The notes beneath the pieces were generated by a model. The model saw nothing but the letters and a program-made list of their open reading frames with translations, was not told the origin of the DNA and searched no databases. A stretch of DNA of 64,000 nt from assembly GCA_045661145.1 (NCBI GenBank), contig JAZRFC010000048.1:2071-66070 (forward strand), in the 5' to 3' direction. The DNA is from Clostridia bacterium (lineage in GTDB: Bacteria; Bacillota; Clostridia; UMGS1883). This document shows positions 55,990 through 64,000 of the stretch, piece after piece; position 1 is the stretch's first letter, and the number at the start of each line of letters is the position of its first letter. A program made the translations under genes and the position numbers.

Positions 55990-57194
55990 AAATTCTGATG
56001 GTAAATAAATTTCTGTACCCTCGCGGAGGCAGTGAAAGCTATATGCTCTACCTTGGCGAGCATCTTAAAAAGATTGGTCACGAAGTTGAGTATTTCGGTA
56101 TGTACGACGAAAATAATACGGTAGGAAACTCCGCAGGGTTATATACTCAAAATATGGATTTCCACTCAAAAGGACTTGCAAGGTTTTTATATCCCTTTAA
56201 AATAATTTATTCCTTTGAAGCAAAGAAAAAGATTATGCAGGTAATAGATGATTTTAAACCCGATATAGTTCATATGAATAATATAAACTTTCAGCTTACA
56301 CCGTCAATCATCTATGGCATAAAGAAGAAAGGTATATCCCTTGTCCAGACTGTACACGACTATCAGATGATTTGTCCCAATCATCTTCTCTATAACTTTG
56401 ACAAAAACACACCCTGCGAAAAGTGTGTTAAAGGCTCGCATATAAACTGTATTAAGAATAAATGTATTCACGGCTCTCTTGTTAAGAGTATTATAGGTGT
56501 TATAGAAGCAAAGTTTTATTCGATGTTTAAAACCTACAAAAAGGTGGATTTATATGTCTGCCCGAGTAATTTCCTTGAAAACAAGCTTTTGTCGGCAAAG
56601 GGGTATTATGAGGGAAAGACCAAAACAATACATAATTTTATCGACAAAGAAAAATTTTCCAATAATGACCGAAAGGAAGATTCCTATATTGTATTTATAG
56701 GAAGACTATCCAAGGAAAAAGGTATTGAAAATATTGCAGGGGCAGCCAGGCTTCTTCCCCAATATGATTTTGTGGTAGCAGGAAGCGGTCCTGATGAAGA
56801 TATGCTGAAAGATATTCCAAACGTCAATCTGGCAGGCTTTCTTACCGGGGACAAGCTTACAGAACTTATGGGAAATGCAAAAGTTCTTCTTTTGCCGTCT
56901 GTGTGCTATGAAAACTGTCCGCTTTCCATACTTGAGGCACACTCTTTGGGTGTTCCCGTCGTTACCATGAACAGCGGAGGAATGGCAGAGCTTGTAAAAG
57001 ACGGTGTTACAGGAACCCTTGTAAAAGAGCCCACTCCCGAGGGAATTGCACTTAAATTAAAGGAAGCTATTGAAAATGAGGACTATTACAATAGTCTAAG
57101 TGAAAATTGTAAAAAAGAAAAAGACAATATATTAAGTGTTGAAGCATACGCTGATATTTTAATCAAAGAATATGAAAAACTAGCCCGGAGGTGA
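55986..57194 (+). CDS. GT4-family glycosyltransferase
   Basis: MKILMVNKFLYPRGGSE..., with the C-terminal region YENCPLSILEAHSLGVPVV. Confidence 0.85.
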   Translation: MKILMVNKFLYPRGGSESYMLYLGEHLKKIGHEVEYFGMYDENNTVGNSAGLYTQNMDFHSKGLARFLYPFKIIYSFEAKKKIMQVIDDFKPDIVHMNNINFQLTPSIIYGIKKKGISLVQTVHDYQMICPNHLLYNFDKNTPCEKCVKGSHINCIKNKCIHGSLVKSIIGVIEAKFYSMFKTYKKVDLYVCPSNFLENKLLSAKGYYEGKTKTIHNFIDKEKFSNNDRKEDSYIVFIGRLSKEKGIENIAGAARLLPQYDFVVAGSGPDEDMLKDIPNVNLAGFLTGDKLTELMGNAKVLLLPSVCYENCPLSILEAHSLGVPVVTMNSGGMAELVKDGVTGTLVKEPTPEGIALKLKEAIENEDYYNSLSENCKKEKDNILSVEAYADILIKEYEKLARR

Positions 57195-58255
57195 AAAAAG
57201 TGCCGCAGCCGAAAGTAAGCATTATCGTTCCCGTGTATAATGTAGAGAATTATCTTGAAAGATGCATAAATTCCTTGAGAAATCAAACTCTCCGCGATAT
57301 TGAAATAATTCTTGTAGACGATTCTTCAACCGATTCGTCGCTTGAAATATGCAATAAGATGGCAATGGAAGATTCCCGCATAAAGGTTATTCATAAGGTG
57401 AACGGGGGTGCAGGTCTTGCGCGGAATGAGGCACTTCGGATTGCAACGGGGGAGTATATCGGCTTTCTGGATTCTGACGATTTTGTTGAGGAAGATATGT
57501 TTAAAACACTTTATGATAAAGCGGAAAAATATAGTTCAGACCTCGTAATGTCAGGAGTCTTGTTTGTAGACGGAAATATGTTCAGTAAAGAGGGCGAATG
57601 TATCCGCAAAACATATTTTGATAGGGATACTCATTTTGAGACGGAGGAAGAACTGAAAAAATTAAGAATGGGTATTGTGGGCGCATTGCCCGAGGATGCT
57701 GATGACAGTAAATACGGAATGAGCATCTGGAAGAATCTGTTCAAACACCAAGTGATAAAGGACAATAACATTGTTTTTAAATCCGAACGTGAGATGCTTT
57801 CAGAGGATGCGCTTTTTATGATAGATTATATTTCCTGCATTAAAAAGGCAACGGGAATTAACGAAGCATTTTATAATTACTGCAGAAATGAGGATTCAAT
57901 TTCAAAATCGTATAAAAAGGACAGATTTGAAAAAAGCCTTGTCTTTGTAAACGAGGTTCAGAAAAGATTTGAAAAAGATATTGCTCCCGAAGAATATCAG
58001 ATTTATATATGTAGATTCTGGCAGGCAATGTGCAGGGTGATTTGCTCTCAGGAAATAATGTATGCCGCGGATAACAACATTAAATATACTGACTTAAAGA
58101 AAAGGTTAAAGGCAGTGTGCACACACAGTTTAACTGTCAGGGCAATGAATTCATACCCAATTGGAACACTGCCCTTTAAACAAAGAGTGTTTGCATACTG
58201 CATAAAGTACAGATTATACTTTCTGTTAAAAGTGCTTGTAGGATTAAGAAGATAG
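57191..58255 (+). CDS. GT2-family glycosyltransferase
   Basis: VSIIVPVYNVENYLERCINSL...VDDSSTD...LDSDD. The start is GTG 57191 or GTG 57200. Confidence 0.85.
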   Translation: MKKVPQPKVSIIVPVYNVENYLERCINSLRNQTLRDIEIILVDDSSTDSSLEICNKMAMEDSRIKVIHKVNGGAGLARNEALRIATGEYIGFLDSDDFVEEDMFKTLYDKAEKYSSDLVMSGVLFVDGNMFSKEGECIRKTYFDRDTHFETEEELKKLRMGIVGALPEDADDSKYGMSIWKNLFKHQVIKDNNIVFKSEREMLSEDALFMIDYISCIKKATGINEAFYNYCRNEDSISKSYKKDRFEKSLVFVNEVQKRFEKDIAPEEYQIYICRFWQAMCRVICSQEIMYAADNNIKYTDLKKRLKAVCTHSLTVRAMNSYPIGTLPFKQRVFAYCIKYRLYFLLKVLVGLRR

Positions 58256-58264
58256 GAGAAAGAT

Positions 58265-59284
58265 ATGTTTTTTTCTGTAATAGTGCCTGTTTATAAGGTT
58301 GAGAAGTATTTATCGGGATGTATAGAGAGCGTTTTAAATCAGACCTTTTCTGATTTTGAACTTATTCTGGTTGACGACGGCTCTCCTGATACTTGCCCTC
58401 AAATTTGTGAAGAATATGCCAAAAAAGACAACCGCATAAAGGTGCTCCATAAGGAAAACGGCGGACTTGCAAGTGCAAGAAGAGCAGGAATAAAGGTAGC
58501 CGAGGGTGACTATGTATTTAATCTTGATTCAGACGACCTTATTGAAAATGACACTTTGGAATATGCGTATAAGATAATAAAAGAGACGGCTTGTGAAATT
58601 GTAGCTTTCTCATACAGATGGGTTAAAAACGGTCATACTGTAAATATCACAAATGACGGTCTTGATGAGGGTTTATATAATAAAAATGATATTGAAAAAC
58701 AAATTTTCCCAAGGCTTCTTATGGACAAAAATATGAATCATATTTCATATTATCTGTCGGGCAAGGCGGTAAAAAGAGACCTTTTGACACCTCATCAGCT
58801 TAATGTAAGTGAAAAAATATCATTGGGTGAGGATTTATGTTGCACAGTTTCTTGTTATCTTCACGCAAAAAGCGTATACATAAGCAAAAAAACGGCGTAC
58901 TTATACACCGTAAGAGAGGATTCCTTGTCAAAGGAGTTTAACACAAAGCAAATTTATCTCATAGAAGATGTTATAAATGAAATAAGCAAAAATGATATGG
59001 AAAAAGTGGTTGATTTTAACGAACAGCTTTGCCGTTACTCCTGTTTTATGTGCTTTACAATATTAGCATCGGCAGCAGAGGGCAATCACTTTAAAAGTAT
59101 AAAAGCGATAAAGGAAAATATCATAAACTCACTTCATAACGAAAAAATTTTGTGTGCGGAGTTTGACAATATATCAATTAAAAGCAAAATATCCATATTC
59201 TTTATGAAGAAGAACTGTTACAGAACAGTGTTTTATTTCCTTAATCTGTGCAAAAATATCAAGAAAATTCTTAAGAAAGGGTGA
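58265..59284 (+). CDS. GT2-family glycosyltransferase
   Basis: FSVIVPVYKVEKYLSGCIESV...VDDGSPD...LDSDD. Confidence 0.85.
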   Translation: MFFSVIVPVYKVEKYLSGCIESVLNQTFSDFELILVDDGSPDTCPQICEEYAKKDNRIKVLHKENGGLASARRAGIKVAEGDYVFNLDSDDLIENDTLEYAYKIIKETACEIVAFSYRWVKNGHTVNITNDGLDEGLYNKNDIEKQIFPRLLMDKNMNHISYYLSGKAVKRDLLTPHQLNVSEKISLGEDLCCTVSCYLHAKSVYISKKTAYLYTVREDSLSKEFNTKQIYLIEDVINEISKNDMEKVVDFNEQLCRYSCFMCFTILASAAEGNHFKSIKAIKENIINSLHNEKILCAEFDNISIKSKISIFFMKKNCYRTVFYFLNLCKNIKKILKKG

Positions 59285-59292
59285 AACATCTG

Positions 59293-60357
59293 ATGAAGCC
59301 TGAAATATCAGTAATTATGAGTGTGTATAATGGTGAAACATACCTTAGAGAAGCGATAGAAAGTGTCATAAAGCAGACTTTCAGGAGCTGGGAGCTTATT
59401 ATTATAAATGATTGTTCAACGGATTCTACGGGTGAAATTCTTGCGGAATTTGCATCAAAGGATGAACGTATAAAGGTACACCCCAATGAAGTTAATCTCA
59501 GATTACCAACATCGTTAAACAAAGCAATTTCTTTGTGTAACGGTAAATACATAGCAAGAATGGATGCAGATGACATCTGCCTTCCCGACAGACTTCAGAA
59601 GCAATATAAATTTATGGAAGAAAACAGTGATGTGGCATTATCTTCCTGCAGATTTATGACTGTTAAAAATGGTGTGTATTCATCGGGGGGAGCAGGGGGA
59701 AGATGTGACAATAAGGCTTTACGTGCAATGCTTCTCGTTGCAAATCCGATACTTCATCCCGGTGTTATTGCCAGGGCGGAGGTTATGAAAAAGTTTAATT
59801 ATGACACCACCCTTACCTGTACCGAGGACCTTGAATTGTGGACAAGAATGGCAATGGAGAATCAGAAAATTGAGATTCTTCCCGAGTGCCTTTTGATATA
59901 CAGATTGCACGATAAGCAAATTACAAGCACTACCCTTGAAAGACAGCATATTGAGGTGCTTAAAATACAGAATAAATACTATGCTTCGCTTATTCAGGAA
60001 ATGGATAAAGAAATGCAGGAGTTTTATATCAGCGGGATTTATTTTAAAGAGCATACTGATATACATAAATTACTCCAATACGCAAAATGGCTTAGAAGTG
60101 TGGCACCTAAAAACTTTGATAAGCATACCATAAACTATGTACTTTTTGAAATTTTAGCAGAATACAAAAGATGCGGTGTGCCAAAATCCGAGGTTTTAAA
60201 AGCCATGCTCGGGTTTACCCCATTATTTTTAGCAAAAGAAATCATCCGAAGAAAACAAACTGCCCGAAAAGACATTGAAAAATGTATGAGGGTTGCAAAA
60301 AATATTGGTCTTAGACAGACCGCAGGAACGAAGGAGTTTCCAATTTTCGAAAAATAG
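59293..60357 (+). CDS. GT2-family glycosyltransferase
   Basis: ISVIMSVYNGETYLREAIESV...INDCSTD...MDADD. Confidence 0.85.
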   Translation: MKPEISVIMSVYNGETYLREAIESVIKQTFRSWELIIINDCSTDSTGEILAEFASKDERIKVHPNEVNLRLPTSLNKAISLCNGKYIARMDADDICLPDRLQKQYKFMEENSDVALSSCRFMTVKNGVYSSGGAGGRCDNKALRAMLLVANPILHPGVIARAEVMKKFNYDTTLTCTEDLELWTRMAMENQKIEILPECLLIYRLHDKQITSTTLERQHIEVLKIQNKYYASLIQEMDKEMQEFYISGIYFKEHTDIHKLLQYAKWLRSVAPKNFDKHTINYVLFEILAEYKRCGVPKSEVLKAMLGFTPLFLAKEIIRRKQTARKDIEKCMRVAKNIGLRQTAGTKEFPIFEK

Positions 60358-60375
60358 ATTACAGGAGTCTGAAAA

Positions 60376-61743
60376 ATGAAATTTTTTGAATATCCTTATG
60401 TGATTATAACTATTCTTGCGATAATTTTTCTTGCAATGGGACTTATCGGACTGTATTTTACGATGAAATCGGTAAAAACAGCGAAAGGAACAGCGGAGAA
60501 AAATTTTTGCGGGATAGGTAAAATAGAAAATGATTTTGAAAAAGCGGGAGCTTCCAGAAAAAATCGCTCAATTGTATATATTTCAATATCCCTTGACAGT
60601 ATGAAAAGACTGTATTCGGAATCAAAGGCTATAAGAATGTATGAGCAACTTAAAAGAATTTTACTGAGTCATTTTTGCCTTAGTATAGGCGGAGAGATTT
60701 CCCTTTACGGCACAGAAAATTTCATTGCACTAAACGGTCTGGAATCAGCTGAAACAGTTAAGTGTATTGAAAGTTGTTTTGAAGAAATTAACGAAGCTTT
60801 TGTAAACCACGGTGCAGTGGGTGTTGTCCGTATAAATTTTGGATACCACCAGACCAGCTCAACCGAGGTTTCGTTCAAAACTGCCCTTGGGCGAGCAAAA
60901 CAGGCTTGCAGTATGGCAGAAGATAAAGATGTTTTATACTGTCAGTGGGACAGCTCAAACGGAAAAGAATTTGAAAGAAAACTAAAAATCGAAAATAACA
61001 TACAAAACGAGATTGACAACAACAGATTTTTTCTCGAGTATCAGCCCATTTTGGACGCAAAGACAAATAAAATTATGGGTGCAGAGGTACTGTCAAGACT
61101 TAATTCACCTACCGAGGGGGTGTTGACACCGTCAGCGTTCCTTTCTGCGGTAAATAATGTTGGATTAAACGAAAAGTTCGATTATTATATTTTTGAAAAA
61201 AACTGCAAATGGATTTCAAGTGATAAAGAAAACCGAACTAAATATGTATATACAATAAATTTTTCACGCTACACTCTTTGCGACCCGAATCTGGCAGACA
61301 GGATAATAGAAATTGTAGAAAAATACGGCATTGACTATTCGTGTATAGCTGTTGAAATTCTCGAGGATAAAAGTCTCGATAAGGATGAAAAATCCACAAT
61401 GATAAAAAATTTAACCCGTTTAAAAGAAAAAGGAGTTTTAATTCTTCTCGACGATTTCGGAAAGGGCTATACAAGTTTTAGCGATTTAACGGATTTTGAT
61501 ATAAATATTGTAAAAATTGATAAATCAATAACCCAGAACGCAACGAATCAGACAGGACTTTTAATTCTCAAAAATATTATAAGAACCGCACATGACTTGG
61601 GATTTAGGACACTATGCGAGGGCATAGAAACAGAAGAGCACAGAAAAACAGCCGTGGAGTCAGGTTGCGATATGCTTCAGGGATATTATTTTTACCGTCC
61701 GATACCCGTTACACAATTAGAAAAATTATTTGAGAAACAGTAA
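60376..61743 (+). CDS. Membrane-anchored degenerate-GGDEF / EAL protein (putative c-di-GMP phosphodiesterase)
   Basis: An N-terminal TM helix is followed by a GGDEF-like fold with YGTENF in place of GGDEF. The EAL domain landmarks are EYQPIL, EVLSR, EILED, DDFGKGYTS, KIDKS, EGIETEE and QGYYF. Confidence 0.8.
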   Translation: MKFFEYPYVIITILAIIFLAMGLIGLYFTMKSVKTAKGTAEKNFCGIGKIENDFEKAGASRKNRSIVYISISLDSMKRLYSESKAIRMYEQLKRILLSHFCLSIGGEISLYGTENFIALNGLESAETVKCIESCFEEINEAFVNHGAVGVVRINFGYHQTSSTEVSFKTALGRAKQACSMAEDKDVLYCQWDSSNGKEFERKLKIENNIQNEIDNNRFFLEYQPILDAKTNKIMGAEVLSRLNSPTEGVLTPSAFLSAVNNVGLNEKFDYYIFEKNCKWISSDKENRTKYVYTINFSRYTLCDPNLADRIIEIVEKYGIDYSCIAVEILEDKSLDKDEKSTMIKNLTRLKEKGVLILLDDFGKGYTSFSDLTDFDINIVKIDKSITQNATNQTGLLILKNIIRTAHDLGFRTLCEGIETEEHRKTAVESGCDMLQGYYFYRPIPVTQLEKLFEKQ

Positions 61744-61753
61744 GGTGATTTTT

Positions 61754-62677
61754 ATGTTATCTGTCATCATTCCTGCTTATAACGAAGAGAAGTGTATAAA
61801 GCGTGCATATAACGCAATACATTCTTTGTTAGCGGAAAATAACATCGAAAGCGAATTTATTTTTGTGGATGATGGTTCGCAGGACCGGACCTACGAAATG
61901 ATAGCCGTGCTTTCTTCAGAGAAAGACAACGTGGTGGGACTGCATTTTTCCAGAAACTTTGGAAAAGAATCTGCTATATCTGCAGGTTTATCCGCAGTAA
62001 ACGGTGCTTGTGCAGTCGTCATTGACTGTGACCTTCAGCACCCTCCCGAAAAAATAGTTGAAATGTACCGTTTGTGGGAACAAGGATACGAAATTGTTGA
62101 GGGGATAAAAAAAGAGCGCGGACAGGAAAAGAAGATGCACAGTATCGGCGCAAAGTTTTTCTATTCCCTTATCAGCCGTATGGCAGGCTTTGATATGGCT
62201 AATTCATCAGATTTCAAACTTCTGGACAGAAAAGTGGTGGATGTGCTGAATAAAATGCCCGAAAGAGGATTTTTCAGAGCGATCTCTTATTGGGTAGGAT
62301 ATAACAAGGCAACAGTTGAATATGATGTCGGGGAACGCGTGGACGGCGAATCCAAATGGTCAACAATGGGACTTGTAAAGTATGCACTTTCAAACATTTC
62401 ATCATTCTCTACTGCGCCAATGCAAACAGTAACAATTCTTGGATTTATAATGCTGGTAATATCAGTTATTTTCGGAGTATGGGCACTTATTGATAAAATA
62501 GTCGGAAGAGCTCTTGAAGGTATGACAACGGTTATAATTATAACTATCTTCATAGGAAGTATAATTATGATAAGCCTTGGCATTATAGGATACTATATTG
62601 CCCGTATTTACGAAGAAATCAAAGGCAGACCCAAATATATAATATCATCAACCACAAAGAGCACAGAGAGAAACTAG
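61754..62677 (+). CDS. GtrB/ArnC-like polyprenyl-phosphate glycosyltransferase (GT2 with C-terminal TM pair)
   Basis: LSVIIPAYNEE...VDDGSQD...SRNFGKESA...DCDLQHPPE, plus two C-terminal TM helices. The ATG at 61754 follows AAGGTGA. Confidence 0.88.
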   Translation: MLSVIIPAYNEEKCIKRAYNAIHSLLAENNIESEFIFVDDGSQDRTYEMIAVLSSEKDNVVGLHFSRNFGKESAISAGLSAVNGACAVVIDCDLQHPPEKIVEMYRLWEQGYEIVEGIKKERGQEKKMHSIGAKFFYSLISRMAGFDMANSSDFKLLDRKVVDVLNKMPERGFFRAISYWVGYNKATVEYDVGERVDGESKWSTMGLVKYALSNISSFSTAPMQTVTILGFIMLVISVIFGVWALIDKIVGRALEGMTTVIIITIFIGSIIMISLGIIGYYIARIYEEIKGRPKYIISSTTKSTERN

Positions 62678-62723
62678 GCAACTTTCATATACTAAATAAA
62701 TTGTATAAGGAGATTGTACGAGA

Positions 62724-63497
62724 ATGGAAAAGGTAATCACAAAAAGCATTTTAAAAGGTCTTGAAAATAATGAGTTTAAGATGTACTTGCAGTTTATAGT
62801 AGATAATAAATCTAAAAATATTATTTCCGCGGAAGCACTTTCAAGATGGGATAACCCGGAAAAAGGTGTTATAGGTCCGGGAAATTATATTGGAAATATG
62901 GAAGCAGAAGGACTTATCAGCAGGCACGATTTCTATATGTTTGAGCTTGCCTGCCGTCAGCTTGAAAAATGGAAAAATACTGAGTATGAAGATATTTCAA
63001 TCTCTTGTAACTTTACAAGAATAACTCTTTCTGAAGAGGATTGCATTGACAAACTTAAAACGATTTCCGAGTGCTATGATTTCGATAAATCAAAGCTTGC
63101 AATCGAAATAACCGAAGATGCAATGGAAAAGGATAGAGAAACTGCAAAGAAAAATGTCAGACTCTGCAAAGAGCTCGGTTTCAGAATTTATCTTGACGAC
63201 ATGGGATGCGGATATACATCTTTGGTTAACCTTTGTGACTATCCGATTGATGTCGTTAAAATTGACCGTGATATTCTGCTCAGAACCAATACTTCAAGAG
63301 GAAAAGCTTTGTTTTCAGGAATTGTGGCACTTGCTCACAGCCTGAATATATCTGTAATATGCGAGGGCGTGGAAACAGAAGAACAAAATACACTCGTATC
63401 CAAATCTGACTGTGATTATATTCAGGGGTGGTATTACGCAAAAGCTCTTCCTTTAGAAGAATGTGAAGCGTTTGTAGAAGACTATCATAAAATATAA
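62724..63497 (+). CDS. Stand-alone EAL-domain protein (putative c-di-GMP phosphodiesterase)
   Basis: 257 aa with EALSRW, CNFT, EITED, DDMGCGYTS, KIDRD, EGVETEEQ and QGWYY. Confidence 0.85.
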   Translation: MEKVITKSILKGLENNEFKMYLQFIVDNKSKNIISAEALSRWDNPEKGVIGPGNYIGNMEAEGLISRHDFYMFELACRQLEKWKNTEYEDISISCNFTRITLSEEDCIDKLKTISECYDFDKSKLAIEITEDAMEKDRETAKKNVRLCKELGFRIYLDDMGCGYTSLVNLCDYPIDVVKIDRDILLRTNTSRGKALFSGIVALAHSLNISVICEGVETEEQNTLVSKSDCDYIQGWYYAKALPLEECEAFVEDYHKI

Positions 63498-63506
63498 TAT
63501 AGATTT

Positions 63507-63542
63507 AAAAGAAAGACTTCACGAAAGTGAAGTCTTTCTTTG
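63507..63542. terminator. GAAA-tetraloop hairpin between convergent genes; copy 2 of the repeated element
   Basis: GAAAGACTTCAC-GAAA-GTGAAGTCTTTC (63511-63538), flanked by A-rich and T-rich runs. Confidence 0.75.
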
Positions 63543-63569
63543 TTGGTCGAAATAAAAACAGTTTGAAGA

Positions 63570-64000
63570 CTAAAACAGAGCTTTAATATCATTGGTTGGA
63601 GGCAGACAATTGTAGCTTTTACATACATAAAATGTTGTCTGATTGTTTAAAAGAGGGTAATTTTTGTTTTCTGTAACTACCGATACGTTTGCTATAAAAG
63701 GCAGTTTTTCTGTTATTTGTTTTAAATCAGAGTCCTTTTTCAGTGCAATCGTAATATGAGGTATGGAATTTTCATATAACAACATTGCAATTAAAAACAT
63801 ACTGTTACCTGACGGATATTCGTATGTTCGGGCAGACATAAAAGTTATCTGCTTCTCAAAAAGCTCCTTATATTCATTTTTCTCTGTGATTTGATACAAT
63901 CTGACCAAATTATATGCCATAACCGAATTTCCGCTGGGGATTGCTCCGTCATAAGTTTCCTTTGGATTTATAAACAGGTCTGTATTATTGGGGTCAGAAA
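63570..64000 (-). CDS. Thioredoxin-domain / YyaL (DUF255, six-hairpin glycosidase-like) protein; C-terminal part only, N-terminus off-window
   Basis: The reading frame stays open to the window edge. Upstream of the track's Met it reads ...YDGAIPSGNSVMAYNLVRLY, and the C-terminus is FYVCKSYNCLPPTND. Both are typical of YyaL-like proteins. Confidence 0.75.
   Translation of the reverse strand, partial: SDPNNTDLFINPKETYDGAIPSGNSVMAYNLVRLYQITEKNEYKELFEKQITFMSARTYEYPSGNSMFLIAMLLYENSIPHITIALKKDSDLKQITEKLPFIANVSVVTENKNYPLLNNQTTFYVCKSYNCLPPTNDIKALF

Noticed and set aside
32963-63542. The block could be a classical integrative genomic island at tRNA-Pro.
   Set aside because: It has no integrase, excisionase or transposase, and no direct repeat of the tRNA 3' end (only an inverted 13-mer). 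Its contents are mostly ordinary metabolic and transport genes. It is kept only as a low-interest boundary-repeat observation.

Overview
The window looks like a chromosomal segment from a low-GC Firmicute, probably Clostridia or Oscillospiraceae-like. That guess rests on gene content and operon order; no search was run.

**Layout**
- 1-7.0 kb (minus strand): housekeeping operon miaB, ylbF-like, mutS, mutL, miaA.
- 7.1-11.7 kb: metal-transport block. A yybP-ykoY (Mn2+) riboswitch with promoter and terminator sits between two tandem CaCA antiporter paralogs. It drives the second paralog, a CDF transporter and an M20 dipeptidase.
- 11.8-15.3 kb: small accessory stretch that looks more AT-rich by eye. 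It holds DUF218, XRE, HNH and SGNH genes and a four-helix-bundle/HhH-glycosylase fusion. That last gene sits on a roughly 1.36 kb segment that appears to have inserted into the 3' end of a RumA-type 23S rRNA methyltransferase gene.
- 15.3-33 kb: housekeeping genes (GH13, THUMP methyltransferase, radical SAM pair, MOP flippase, mazG, hup, thyA-folA, LtaS-family) ending at tRNA-Pro(GGG).
- 33-39.7 kb: XRE, HAD, MATE, an unexplained ~400 nt purine-rich non-coding transcript, fprA plus rubredoxin, ZIP and PAP2.
- 39.8-63.5 kb: ~24 kb Wzx/Wzy-type exopolysaccharide locus.

**Best candidate for something new**
The exopolysaccharide locus carries four c-di-GMP-type proteins. One is a Wzz-like co-polymerase fused to a degenerate GGDEF domain. 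No BY-kinase or PilZ protein is visible.

**Other leads**
- the non-coding RNA at 36.2-36.6 kb
- the insertion at the methyltransferase 3' end, with its TCGATAT repeat field
- a recurring C-terminal [FYW]E[IM][LF]PF tail on unrelated membrane proteins

No CRISPR array, transposase, integrase or rRNA gene was seen.
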